Positions 29,145 to 42,199 of a DNA stretch of 64,000 nt are shown piece by piece. The stretch's first letter is position 1. Each line of letters begins with the position of its first letter. The stretch is from the human T2T-CHM13v2.0 reference genome, Homo sapiens: NCBI RefSeq assembly GCF_009914755.1, contig NC_060939.1; one strand, 5' to 3'. Made by a program: the position numbers and the translations under genes. Under the pieces are notes generated by a model that saw only the letters and a list, made by a program, of their open reading frames with translations, made no database searches and was not told where the DNA came from.

Positions 29145-30603
29145 GCTGTAGGCATCACGCTACCTGACTTCAAACTATACTACAAGAGCACACTAACCGA
29201 AACAGCATGGTACTTGTACCAAAACAGACACATAGACCAATGGAACACAACAGAAACCTCAGAAATAACACCACACATCTACAACCATCTGATCTTCAAC
29301 AAACCTGACAAAAACAATAAATGGGGAAAGGATTCCCTATTTAATTGATGGTGCTGGGAAAACTGGCTAGCCATATGCAGAAAACGGAAACTGGACCCCT
29401 TCCTTACACTTTATACAAAAATTAACTCAAGATGGATTAAAGACTTAAATGTAAAACCCAAAACCACAAAAACCCTAGAAGAAAACCTAGGCAATACCAT
29501 TCAGGACATGGGCACGGGCAAAGACTTCATGACAAAAACACCAAAAGCAATGGCAACAAAAGCCAGAACTAACAAATGGCATCTAATTAAACTAAAGAGC
29601 TTGCACACAGCAAAACAAACTATCATCAGAGTGAACAGGCAACCTACAGAATGGGAGAAAATTTTTGCAATCTACCCATCTGACAAAGGCCTAGTATCCA
29701 GAATCTACAAGGCACTTAAACAAATTTACAAGAGAAAAAACAAACAACCTCATCAAAAAGTGGGCAAAGGATGTGGACAGACACTTCTCAAAAGAAGATA
29801 TTTATGCAGCCAATAAACATATGAAAAAAAAGCTCAACATCATTGATCATTAGAGAAATGCAAATCAAAACCACAATGAGATACCATATCATGCCAGTCA
29901 GAATGGCGATTATTAAAAAGTCAAAAAACAATAGATGTTAGTGAGGCTGTGGAGAAATAGGAAGGCCTTTACATTGTTGGTGGGAATGTAAATTAGTTCA
30001 AAGACTGTGGAAGACAGTGTGGAGATTCCTCAAGGATCTAGAACCAGAAATACCATTTGACCCAGCAATCCCATTACTGGGTATACACCCAAAGGAATAT
30101 AAATCATTCTACTATAAAGACACATGCACACATTTGTTTATTGCAGCAGTATTTACAATAGCAAAGACATGGAACCAACCCAAATGCCCATCAATGATAG
30201 ACTGGATAAAGAAAATATGGTACATATACACCATGGAATTCTATGCAGCCATAAAGTGGGATTAGATCATGTCCTTTGCTGGGACTTGGATGAATCTGGA
30301 AGCCATCATTCTCAGCAAACTAACACAGGAACAGAAAACCAAACACCGCGTGTTTTCAATCATAAGTGGGAGTTGAACAATGAGAACACATGGACACAGG
30401 GAGGGGAACAACATACACCAGGGCCAGTCAAGGGCTAGGGGGCAAGGGGAGGGAGAGTATTAGGACAAATAGCTAATGCATGCGGGGTCCAAAACTTAGA
30501 TGATGAGTTGATAGGTGCAGCAAATCACCATGACACATGTATACTTATGTAACAAACCTACACGTTCTGCACTTGTATCCCAGAACTTAAAGTAAAATTT
30601 TTT
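24431..30603 (+). mobile_element. Near full-length, inactive LINE-1 (L1PA8-L1PA10-type): 5'UTR, disrupted ORF1 (~25149-26173) and ORF2 (~26235-30265), 3'UTR
   Basis: ORF fragments match L1 ORF1p (IIQENFPNLARQ..., YKGKPIRLTADLSAETLQARREW) and ORF2p (MTGSN..ITILTLNVNGLNAPIK; FADNMILY; WRFLKDLEPEIPFDPAIPLLG). TSD AAAAAAGGATATTC at 24417-24430 and 30605-30618 at a TTT/AAAA site. Many stops and frameshifts. Confidence 0.96.
26971..27251 (+). mobile_element. AluY-type SINE inserted in L1 ORF2, with an internal deletion and 15-bp TSD
   Basis: GAGATCGAGACCATC..GGCTAACACGG and GAGCTTGCAGTGAGCCGAG diagnostics; TSD AAGAAACTCACTCAA at 26955-26969 and 27252-27266. Confidence 0.93.
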
Positions 30604-30889
30604 AAAAAAAGGATATTCATAGTCCAACCAGTTGAGAAGTACTGAAGTAGAGTAGGCAACATGATAAAAGTATATACAAAATGTTGTGTCACCTGCATAG
30701 TTCCTTTTTCTCTGGAAGGGTACCAGGGCATTCCTCAGACTCTTGAATGAGTCTGTGACCCAGATGAGATCCAAAACCATTCTTCTGGAAATATGAGAAA
30801 GTCAACAATTTCCAGAGGCTCTGTTAAGCCCATCTCCACCTCTAAACAAAGGTAGAATTATCTTCTATTTTTTGCATTCCTACTATGCA

Positions 30890-31070
30890 ACCCAGATAAT
30901 GCTAAATGCTTTGCATAGGCATCATAGTCCCTGAAGGAGATGAGAGGAGAAAATGAAGGCATAAAGGAATGAAGTTACTTACCTTAGGCCTATAGTGGAC
31001 AGAGTCAGGGCTCAAACTTAGGTCCATGTGACTGATGCCTACATTCTTTCCACTATGCCCTGTTGCCCAC
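30890..31070 (-). mobile_element. MIR SINE
   Basis: GCTAAATGCTTTGCAT...GAAAATGAAGGC...GAAGTTACTT...TCTTTCCACTATGCC. Confidence 0.55.
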
Positions 31071-31472
31071 TAAACTCACCACCAGTGGAAGGCCAAAAGC
31101 AAGAGTCTGCTTCAAACTGTGATTTTTTTTTTTTTTTCAAGAAAAAAAAAAAAAGCAGGCATGAGGAGGCAGCATGGAGTGGAGGGAGACAGGAATGAGG
31201 ACAATGCCTTTAAAATACCATGTCAAATCCAAGTGCAAGAGGAAGAACACAGTCCTCCTCCTCAGCCAGAGACATGAGTAGCCACGGTGAGACAGAATTC
31301 AACTTCTCTCTAAGAGAGAGAGAGAGAGAGAAACCTAGATAAATGGGAGAGATTCTTCATGTGAATTTTTAAAAGCACCCTTAAAAATTTTCAGAAATAA
31401 AATCAGCTGCTGAGCTAAATCTTTCTCTCATTTTTCACTTAAACTGGAATTAAAGAGAAATGTTCTTTAGTA

Positions 31473-32752
31473 TTAGGTGAGTGCAAATGTAGTTGCAGTT
31501 TGTGCATTGTTGGAATTTGCCGTTTGATGTTGGAATACATTCTTAAATAAATACGGTTATGTTATACATCATTTTAATGGGCATTTCTTGCTTTATGTTT
31601 TTTTGCTAATGATATTACTTGCTGTTTATTTTATGTTTGTTTTTAGACTATGGAAATTACGTTAGACCAAAAGCAAATTTGAGTGATTTTCTTATTCGAT
31701 TTCAAAATGGGTCATAAAACAGCAGAGACAACTCACAACATCAACAACGCATTTGGCCCAGGAACTGCTAAGGAACATACTGTGCAGTGGTGGTTCAAGA
31801 AGTTTGGCAAAGGAGACGAGAGCCTTGACGATGAGCTAGTGGCTGGCCATCAGAAATTGACAATGGCCAATTGAGAGCCATCATCAAAGCTGATCCTCTT
31901 ACAACTGTACCAGAATTTGAAGAACTCATCATCAGCCATCATAGGGTCGTTCAGCATTTGAGGTAAATTGGAGAGGTGAAAAAGCTCAATAAGTGGTTGC
32001 CTCATGAGCTGAGAGAAAATTTTTTAAAAATTGTCATTTTGAAGTGTCTTCTCTTATTCTGCACAATTAAGATGAACTATTTCTCCATCGGATTGTGGTG
32101 TGCCATGAAAAGTGGATTTTATATGACAATCAGTGATGTCCAGCTCAGTGGTTCAACTGAGAAGAAGCTCCAAAGCACTTCCCAAAGCCAAACTTGCACC
32201 AAAAATGGTCATGTTCACTGTCCAGCAGTCTGCTGCTGGTCTCATCCACTATAGCTTTCTGAATCCCAGCGGAAGCATTACATCTGAGAAGTATGCTCAG
32301 CAAATAGATGACATGCACTGAAAACTGCAATGCCTGCAGCTGGCATTGGTCAACAGAAGGGGCCCAATTCTTCTCCATGACAACATCTGACCATGCATCT
32401 CACAACCAACTCTTCAAAAGTTGAATGATTTGGGCTACAAAGTTTTGCCACATCCGCCATATCACCTGATGGCTTGCCAACCGACTAACACTTCTTCAAG
32501 CATCTCAACAACTTTTTTCAGGGAAAACTCTAACACAACCAGCAGGATGAAAAAAAAATAAAAGCTTTCCAAGACTTCATTAAATCCCAAAGCATGGGTT
32601 TTACACTACAGGAATAAACTTATTTCTCACTGGCAAAAATGTGGTGTTGATTGTAATAGTTTCTATTTTGATTAATAAAGATGTGCTTGAGCCTAGTTAT
32701 AATGATTTAAAATTCATGGTCCAAAACCACAATTACTTTTGCCCAAACTTAA
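31473..32752 (+). mobile_element. Full-length Hsmar1 mariner DNA transposon (fossil), both TIRs and TA TSD
   Basis: TA|TTAGGTGAGTGCAAATGTAGTTGCAG... and ...AAAACCACAATTACTTTTGCCCAAACTTAA|TA; ~1.28 kb. Confidence 0.95.
31650..32675 (+). pseudogene. Disrupted Hsmar1 mariner transposase
   Basis: IFLFDFKMGHKTAETTHNINNAFGPGTAKEHTVQWWFKKF (N-terminal HTH region) and WLPHEL (WVPHEL motif); TGA at codon 11 and multiple frameshifts. Confidence 0.92.
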
Positions 32753-34570
32753 TAGTTTTCTGCCTTCACATCTTCTGCAGCAAGAACCACAATACTTTAA
32801 GGCCCTGTGTAAAGGAAATCTTCAAGAAAGGAAACACAGCGCTTGCCTCTGAATTCCTAAGGCACTGTGCCATGGGCTTTAGAGAGATGACACTGGTTTC
32901 ATAATGGATGTCTTGCAATTCTAAGGATACTCAGGGGGCTTGCTGGAAAGGGGTTAGGCCGCAGGGGCTGAAGAATCTGATTCTCTAAACCTCCTCCACA
33001 ATTTCTTTCCTTTCTTAGTCACCAGCTAGGAAATCTTCTCCTAGTGTTTCCATGTATTTCCTGGCCACAGCAGGGTCACAGCAGGTTCCCCCATCCATCC
33101 ATCCCCAGTCTTTCCAAACTACTCCTCGCCCCAATACTCTCCCTGCATACCTCACCCTCCTGTCCTACAGTTCCTGCCTCCTCTCCCACTTGAAGTTCTG
33201 ACAGCTACCTGGTGATTCAAGACACTCCCTCCTGGGTCTACAGAAGCAGATAGGCAATTTTTCTTAAAAAACAGCCTGCAACCCGTTTTCACACAGTGCC
33301 CCAATCTCAGCTCTATGGATTGGGAAACTGCAGGGGTTCAGTCGACCCATCTTTTGAGTGACCAGAAGGATAAGGAAGGGATACTAGTGGTCACCTTTGC
33401 TAAAGCATATTTGAATTCATTCAATATAATATCTTTAACCTTGTCTCTAGCCTCACTCTAAAGATTCTGTTGGCCTTAAAATATTTATGTCAAGAAGCAC
33501 TCTCATCACATGAAAATTTTGGCATTTTAGAGAACAGCTTCTTTTTCCTTTTTCCTCATCTTCCAAAATATTATATGAGGCGGACAGAAGTCATGCTCAC
33601 TGAATAGTCATGTATTCCTCTGTGGTTCCCTAGGGGAGGGCGGTTCATGACCTGTCTGGTAAATGAAATGGGAGCTCTAGTGACATGTGACACTTTACTG
33701 TGACCTTTCTGAGCCACTGCGGTGAACAGCTGATGCATTTCCTCCCCCATCTTGCCCTGCTGAAGCAATTTTGAACACTCCTTCCAGCTGGCATGTCCAC
33801 CAATGGAAACCACCAAAATCTGAGTCACTGCCTAGAGGAGATCAGCTCTACAGAGCCACCCAACCATCATGCAATGGATAAGCAACAAATAAACTTCTTG
33901 TCTTGTCTGTTTGTTAGTGAAGCATGGTTCACTGTAGTACAGCATCTCCACTGTTTAGCAGAGCTTAGTGAGAGTGCTTTCCCCTCTGCCAGCCCAGCAC
34001 ATGAGCCCACAGCTGCAGCAGCTGCTATGATAGTAGGAATTTACAATGAAACTTCCTTCTCCAGTGCTGTCATTCGGATGCCTCAGCTCCACTCTCAGAT
34101 TCTCTGTTCCAAGTTTCATGGTCCCAAGGCAGGGATAATCTGATTGGCCCCATCAGAGAAATCAGCTGTGGTATGGAACAGGGTCATGGAATATGGCCAT
34201 GGCCATGAAGGGCCAGTCCCTAAGTACCAGGGCTTTCCAAGAGAAGAGCAAAAAACTGTGAGATGGACAGCTGCCCCATCCTTGTTAACAGCAGCCCTAC
34301 ATAACCATAACCCACTCTCCTAATGTGCCCTGAAAACCAACTGTGACAACAAACCAAACCCAAACAAAACAGTTTTAGTGTGCCTCGGGGGAAGGAGGAA
34401 GGGGTTGTGCAGGAGAGGGAAGAAAAGGAGAAATAAGATGGGGAAGAAAGGGACATTTGAAAAAAGGGAGTTATGGCTGGGATGGAAGAGTAGCCACTTA
34501 ACAGAGTCAAGAATGACATGCAAAATGTAAGCAATTCAGACCAGAGCACAAAAAAGAAGTGTGTTTTTCT

Positions 34571-34878
34571 GACCGGGCACGATGGTTCATGCCTGTAATC
34601 CCAGCACTTTGGGAGGCTAAGGTGGGCAGATCACCCAAGGTCACGAGTTCAAGACCAACCTGGCCAACACAGTGAAACCCATCTCTACTAAAAATACAAA
34701 AATTAGCCAGGTGTGGTGCCCAGCACCTGTAATCCCAGCTACTGGGAGGCTGAGTCAGGAGAATGAATTACTTGAGCGTGGGAGGCAGACGTTGCAGTGA
34801 GCCAAGATCAAGCCACTGCACTCCAGTCTGCATGACAGTGCAAGACTCCATCTTAAAATAAAATAAAATTAAATTAAA
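34571..34878 (+). mobile_element. Alu SINE (AluSx-like)
   Basis: Full dimer; degenerate TSD AAAAAG(A/C)AGTGTG(T/C)TTTTCT. Confidence 0.95.
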
Positions 34879-35005
34879 AAAGCAGTGTGCTTTTCTGTGA
34901 AAACTGTTTTTATTTCCTGTCTTAGGTTTGCGACACTTAAGAATGAAATTATTTTATTATTAAAATTTGCAACACTTAAGAGTAAAATAAAAGAATAATG
35001 CTGCC

Positions 35006-35060
35006 TGTGTGCACGCGCGCGCGCACACACACACACACACGCACCCACACACACACCCAC
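35006..35060. repeat. Alternating purine-pyrimidine tract (TG)n-(CG)5-(CA)n
   Basis: TGTGTGCACGCGCGCGCGCACACACACACACACACGCAC. Confidence 0.9.
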
Positions 35061-35883
35061 AGTGACCTCCTTCAGGAAGAAGTGTCCCAGGCCCAGCCCC
35101 TCAGCTCTGACCCCTCCTGGCTGCCCCTGAAAGTTGCCCGTGCAGGGTAGACAGCAGCACCTCAGCTGCAGCAGGCACTCCTGCGGGCAAAGCCATCCAC
35201 AGACCCCACCTCTGCTTCCTCCCTGACCGATGCACTGGTCCTCTTTGGGACTCCAGCTTTTCTGGTTTTGGTCATTACAAGTGGTAGGGATATTCAGTCT
35301 CTGGCCAGCTTATCACGTCACTGTGGGAGATACATTTGCATTAGTGCTCAAACTCCAGTGGTTCCAAGTTCTCATTTTCCTGCCCAAACAGGGACATGCC
35401 ACCCATCAGAGTATCTTCTGTCCCCAAAAGATTCCACATGTGTCCACAAAGGCATCTATAGCTATTGTGATTGCAGACCTACCTTCCTGTTCTTCTCCTT
35501 CTTCACCTCCCACTTGTCAATTTCCACTGCCTAAAAACTACATGTGGCACCAGCCTCTCTGCCAAGGAGAACCCCAATGTCCCCGTTCTCCCCAAATTAA
35601 GAATCCTCAGGGAGTCAGGACTGCCCTGGCTTACAAGTCCCTGCAGGGAAATTGCAGCCTCAGCCCAAACCAACCCAGCTATTCTGAGGACCCTCAGCTC
35701 TAAAGCATCTACTGAGCCTCAGATCCTTGCATGGCTCCTCCAGACCGAGTCCATCAACTTTTGGCTTACACCCCTTCGACACGGGAGTTCAAATCATCCA
35801 AAGGGTCAGATAGGAAAGACAATCCCTCAACCCCGATCTCTCTTCCCCATCTTCTTGCCCTTTAACTCTCAATCAAAATGCAT

Positions 35884-36155
<272 letters not shown>

Positions 36156-36477
36156 ACCACCAGTCTTCTTCCTGCTTTGCTGCCAATTACCTCCTTGTCC
36201 ATCAGCAGGCCATCAGTAGGCTGGGGTAGAGGGAACACTGTCAGCCTCAGAATCCCAGTTCAGTCAAACCAAAATGCTGGGATTGAAATGCCCAGAGCCC
36301 CAGAAAGGACCTAGAAGCTACACTAGGTGAAGATGACCCAAGCTGACGGCAAAAGAGTTAAGGATTCTGCAAAGTTCATTACCACCAATAAGAAGAGGGG
36401 ATAGAAAAGGCAGGAGTCAGATCCATGAGGTAGAGGCTGAACTCTCCTCATTCAGAAACTCCTTTGACTCCTCATCT

Positions 36478-36546
36478 CACACTCACACACACACGTGTAC
36501 ACATATATATACACATGTGTACTCATACATATACACACATGTACAT
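36478..36546. repeat. Degenerate (CA/TA)n microsatellite
   Basis: Read directly. Confidence 0.8.
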
Positions 36547-38599
36547 AGCAGCCAAGGGTGCACGGGCAGCCACTAAAGAATAGCCCAATGCACTGGATAA
36601 TTATGAAGGGGTGATGAGCGCCTCCCTTTCTTAGAGTTGACCACCCTTTCGGGTCCTCAGCCCAACCTGACCTGAAAGGCCCAGAAAAGAGTATGTACCA
36701 CAGAGCAGGAGGTGAGAGGTTGCAGTGGGTCTGTTTCTTGCTGCCTGTTTTTTTTTTTTTCGAAAGGAAGCAGAGAGAGCAAGAGGTTGTGCAGACTTCA
36801 TTCAGCCATTACCTTTGAGGTCTCCAGGAGCCCAACTCCCTCTTCGGGGGTATGGATGTGAGAGAGGCTCTGTCATAATCCAGGAGCAGGGGAGGCCCCC
36901 AGTTCACCACAAGAAGCCTAGAGCAGAGCCCTGCCCCCATTTCTGCCTCGAGATTTGTCACGCCTCTACAACCAGTTTCAGTTACCTCCATGTTTTTCCA
37001 ACTTCCCTGCATGGCCCCTCATTTCAGAGCTTCTGAATAGTCCTCACGCTTATTTTTTCCAAGAAAAAAAGAAAAGAACATACCTAATGGGCTCCAAGTG
37101 AGTAAAAATCAATGGCTGAGAAAAGAAGCAAAGACGTTGGTGGAGTGTTTGCAACCAGGCTGAAATGAAAGCAAATTATTTTGTATCCCAAGAGCAGCCA
37201 ATCCTTAATAAGAAGCTGTGGCCTTTTGGGTTGGCCCTCAAGCTGATGCTAAGCACTCTGCCCTTGAACCGCTGGATGGTTCCCCTCCTTTTTCACTGAC
37301 TGGGTAATGACAGCTTCTCTGCCAAGGGCTGCAATTTTACTTCCAAACTGCTTTGTATATTTTTCTGAAACACAGAAGATGGGTGTCCAGAGTGCTTGCT
37401 GAAACAAGGAGCGGTTCACACTCAGCTCAGCAGCACTAAAACACACGAGTAAGGACAGCAGAGCAGCAGAGGCCATGCCTTTTCTGGACCTAGGGTAAGT
37501 CTTGAGCCATGGGGCCTTGCGTTGGATGGGAGACACAGAGCCAATTCCCAGTGTCAGGGGTGGAGAACTGAGACACCCCTGCTGTTGATCCCAGATGCAC
37601 AGCCCCTCTGGCCAGGGCGCTTGACTGAGCATCCTTTCCAGGTGCAGATGAGCCCTGCTCTCTTCTGGAACACCCCTGACAAGTCTCCTGTCCACCTTGG
37701 CTAAAGGGAAGCCTACCTGCAAAACATGAAGGTCATCTGTTGAGTTAGATTCAAAGTGAGGGCTAAGCCAGGGCGCTCCAGCCAGGGGAGATGATGTGGC
37801 AGTTTATGGTGCTAAAAAGAAAGTTGCTTCCTAGCCCAGCATGAGGCAGGCAAGGTCCCAAAGTGATCCTTGGGACCCTTTATCCACGCCCAAGAGATGA
37901 GTATGGAAGGCTACCTCCTGCAAGGCCCAGCAAGGGTCTGTTTCAAAAGTAATTTAAAGGACCAAAGTAATTGACTTTCTATTAGCTTCCTTGAGGGACT
38001 GTTTCATTCCATCGACCTTCAGTCATATGCAGACGTAATGTCTAACTCAGCGAGGCAAGAACAATTAGCAAGGTCTCGAATTATGTTTCTCTTGTGCCGT
38101 CTATTATAGTGACCCATGTTAGAAGCTAGGACAACCGCTTCACAAGAGCTGTTAACAAGGCCCTGAACGTTAAAACCTTAAATCACCCAAGGGAGACAAG
38201 CTCTGCAAACACACTTTTGGGTGCTAACAGCTCTAATTAAGAAGGTGCTGCCTTGTGCAATGGACTTTTAAAAAGGAGGTCACCTGAAAATATAAATCAG
38301 GATTCTTAAGCAATTCTAGACAACTTTTCAGCCCCTGTTCTGGGTGCAGTGATGGAATCAAAGATACATTAGACAATATCCATGACTCTAGAGCTCATAC
38401 TCTGTGAACAAAAGAAGACAGGAGGCAAGTGATTACAATATATGGCAGGTTACAGTAGGCATCATTATAGTAAAAATCAGAGCCCTATAGCCTTGTGGTT
38501 CAGATGGTTTCAAGAGGGGGCCACCTGGACTAGGCCTCAGACAAGACAATTCTCAGGTGAATTGATCTGAGGACCACACTTTGAGGATCACTGTATTAC

Positions 38600-39220
38600 A
38601 GAATACCCTGCAAGTGAGAGGAACTCACCACAAACTGACTTAAGCAAAGAAACTTGTGAGCAAGTCGTTGGCTTGTAACTGAAAATTTCAGAGTAAGTGT
38701 AACTGAAAATTTCAGAGTAAGCGTAACTGAAAATTTCAGAGTAAGTGTTGGCTTCAGGCACAGCTGGAACCAGGGGTGTAAACAATGTCATCAGCACTTA
38801 GTCACTTTCTCCATTGCCAAGCTTTGTTTTCTTCTCAGTTGTTGTATCCTCAGGAGAGCTGTTTGTGTCTAGTGTCCCTGGGATTTCAAACTGACAATAT
38901 TAGTATTATTAGTATTTAGTAGAGATGGGGATTCTCTACTTTAATACTAATACTTTAGTATTACCAGTAATCCCCCCCCCAAAAAAAGGGAAATTTGCTG
39001 TCTCAGCAGTTTCAAAGGAATTCCAGAACTGTGTTTCTAACGATCTGACATCAACCAAATGCCCCTATCTGGCCCAGCTGAGAAGACTGAATGTTATCAC
39101 TGGCCAATACATCGATGGCCTGCCACCTACTGAACTCCCTCTAAAAACCAGGGTGTGAGTGGGTTTCCCCACTAAAACAGTAAAAGACAGAATGGATTTG
39201 TGGCAGGTAAAAACAACAGA
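38600..39220 (-). mobile_element. Probable old MLT1-type LTR carrying an internal minisatellite
   Basis: GCAAGTGAGAGGAACTCACCACAAACTGACTTAAGCAAA...GTAACTGAAAA...GGCTTCAGGCACAGCTGGA is typical of antisense MLT1J/K-like LTRs. Confidence 0.5.
38675..38748. repeat. 24-bp tandem repeat x3 (GTAACTGAAAATTTCAGAGTAAGT)
   Basis: Three head-to-tail copies with one substitution and no spacers. Confidence 0.97.
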
Positions 39221-39524
39221 GGTACTCCAGGTGGATAGCAACCTAGTCCCAAAAGATGGCAAACAAAGAAATTTGGATATCTTGGATATCATCAACAGGA
39301 TCAAGAAACAGTTTTAAGGCCTTCTCTTCTTTTAGGTACTATTCAAAGGCCCAAGGATACAGACATAGAAGGCACTCAGAGAGGTGAGTTTATTACTGAT
39401 TCATCACGGAGCAGCTACACTCTGCTAGACACTTTTTTAAGGAGGGGAATTTTTGATGAATAAAATGGACAAAGATCCCTGCCCTTAAGAAACTTACATC
39501 CTAATGGTTATAAAAACAGCAATC

Positions 39525-39840
<316 letters not shown>

Positions 39841-39884
39841 AAAACCCAGCAATCACTAGTACAACTTCTACCAAGCACTTACTA

Positions 39885-40080
39885 AGCATTAGGAATTGTT
39901 ATTATTTCATTATACCCTTTACAGCAATTCTTCCAGGTGTATTTTTTTTCATTAGTTTTACACACAGAGAAACTGAGATTTAGAAGAGGTAAGAGTCCTA
40001 CTGCAACCTGAGATCAAACTCAGAGCCAGGACTGTCACAGTCTAAAGCCTAGGTACCTAACCAGTACACAATATGGCCTC
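39885..40080 (-). mobile_element. MIR SINE
   Basis: TTTTACACACAGAGAAACTGAGATTTAGAAGAGGTAAG. Confidence 0.6.
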
Positions 40081-40424
40081 GCTTCAGAGACCTGGTTGGG
40101 TAATTAGAAGAAACTCCAGGGAAAAGACAGAACAACACATTACACATATAGGAAATATAAGATGAAGAAAAGAGGCAATCTTCAGACACTGGGGCCATCT
40201 GGGAATTTCTTGCATAGGAGATAGCACTTAAGCTGTCTAGGAAGAAAAAGTATTATTCAGAAAAAAACGGACATAGAAGAAAGCAATTCGCATAGGGGAG
40301 TAGCATAACGGGAAGGCGGGAAGATACTGTGCGGTGGTGTTTAGTAGGGAGAGAGAGGAAGAAAGAGACTGGGGTTTTGCATGTGGTCAGAGCCAAGAAC
40401 CAACTTCAGAATTCCTTTTATGTG

Positions 40425-40607
40425 TCAATGGTTCTAAACCAGATGTCTATCAAAATCACCTTGGGAGATTTTCTGAATACATAAGTGCTGGGCCCTAATC
40501 ACCAACTATCTGATGACATAGGTCTGAGGTGGAGCTCAGGCATGGATATTTTAAAATAAAGCTTTCAAGGTAATTTGACATGTGTCCAAATTTGGGAGCC
40601 ACTACTG
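40425..40607. mobile_element. MER5-family hAT-Charlie MITE
   Basis: CAATGGTTCTAAACC...AATCACCTTGGGAG...TTTGGGAGCCACT termini and internal symmetry. Confidence 0.7.
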
Positions 40608-41719
40608 CAGAAAACAGGGCTCACTGATGGTCTCAACAGAGAGGTGATGTGATATTTATAATATTGTTTTCCAAAATCCATTCTCAAGAACAATAAAATT
40701 ACAAAGTTTTAAGACATTTCTGTAACAAAGATGGGATACATCACTGGTCTCTCTCATTGTTACTGCAGGATACCAGATGAAGGCAAGACTGCTCAAGGGC
40801 CTTTTCAATGCTAATGAGCATTGTAAATCCTTAAGAGTGGGATATGATTTGCAGCATTTCCCAACAGAAGCTCCCCCCTCCTTTATTTCAAGAATTCACT
40901 GTTGGGATTTATGTTTTACAGAACACACTTTGGAAAATCTGCCATTAGGTTGAGTCATCTGGTGATTAAAAAGGGGCTTGGATTAGAAATAAGAATTGGA
41001 AAAGAAAGGACACTGTGCCCTGGTTTTCCTGGACTCTTGCTTTGCAGAATCAGCATGCGCCTCATAAGCTGTTCCCCTCTCTCCAACATACAAACACACA
41101 CACATTGCCTGAGCCCAAAGGGATCAGGACAGGATCAATACTGACAGCAGCTCCGTGAGTCCCACTTTCCTTCCATGGGCACAGATTAGGTCCAGCATTC
41201 CCATTGAGGTGCTGTTTGTGTTTCCCTGCCTGGCACCCCAGGTTCCTGAAGCTGTGTCCTGCACCGCAGCCTGCTGAGCTGGGGCCTTATTTCCAGGTGG
41301 GGATGCCGCCAGTCCTACCCCACGGGGATGAGTTCTATAGCTTGTGTTCCTACCCATGAAGAAAAGGGTACACATTTGTTTCTAATCCTAGTCTACCTTG
41401 ACAGAAAGGAGAAAGTGAGCCAGGATCAGCAGAGACAGAACCTGGGGAAACTGACTCCAAGCCCAGGGGAGTGCGGAATGAGTGGGGAAAATCGCGTGAG
41501 CTTTGGAACCAGGCAGACCTGGTGCTTCACATTCCTGAGTGTCTGTGTACCCATATATATCAATATGGCTGGTCATCCAAGGGGACTTATTTTTTTTTAA
41601 GAAAATAGTTTTCTAGATCCCACATGAGACCTCCTGAATTAGAACCCCTAGGAGAGGGGCGTGGTTCAGGGGAATGGGCACATGCTGACCTATGTGTTTC
41701 AGAAGGGCAAACAGTAGCT

Positions 41720-42050
41720 TCAGGTTTCTCAAACTTGCCTGACCATAAGGGTATTTTAAGCACTTAATAAAAATTCTAATATTCTGGAGTCTCTCTTAGA
41801 GGTTTTGATTTTGTGGATCTGGGATGAGGCCTGGGAAGCTGCATTTTTAATAGCCTCTGGTAATTCTTCTAATCAAGTGGAATTTGGGAAACATATTTAT
41901 AAGCTATTTCAGGGATTCTTACACCTAGCTGCATATTAAAATTACTGGAGGTGCTTTAAAAACTCCCAATGCCCAGGTTTCACCAGAATAATCTGTAAGA
42001 ATGGGGTCCAGGTATCAGTCTTTTTTAAGATCTCCAGGTGGTTCGAATGA
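41720..42050. mobile_element. Two adjacent MER5-family fragments
   Basis: GTTTCTCAAACTT...GATCTGGGATGAGGCCTGGGAAGCTGCATTTTTAA...TTTGGGAAAC, followed by a second similar copy. Confidence 0.6.
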
Positions 42051-42199
42051 GCTGCTCGCCTACCTCATAATGTTGGATGAAGGCTTACATGAGATCACAT
42101 AAATAAAATAATTAGTGCTGTGTCTGCCAAATACTAAACACCCAATAAATATGTGATCACTATTTCAGGTGAAGTAAAATGAAATAAAAGCATCTTAAA

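Noticed and set aside
24431-30603. Active L1
   Set aside because: Both ORFs are broken by stops, frameshifts and an Alu insertion
31650-32675. SETMAR exon 3 or a functional transposase
   Set aside because: Stop at codon 11, several frameshifts, and no SET-domain exon nearby
38675-38748. CRISPR-like array of palindromic 24-bp repeats
   Set aside because: Units are head-to-tail with no spacers, there are no cas genes, and the context is primate DNA
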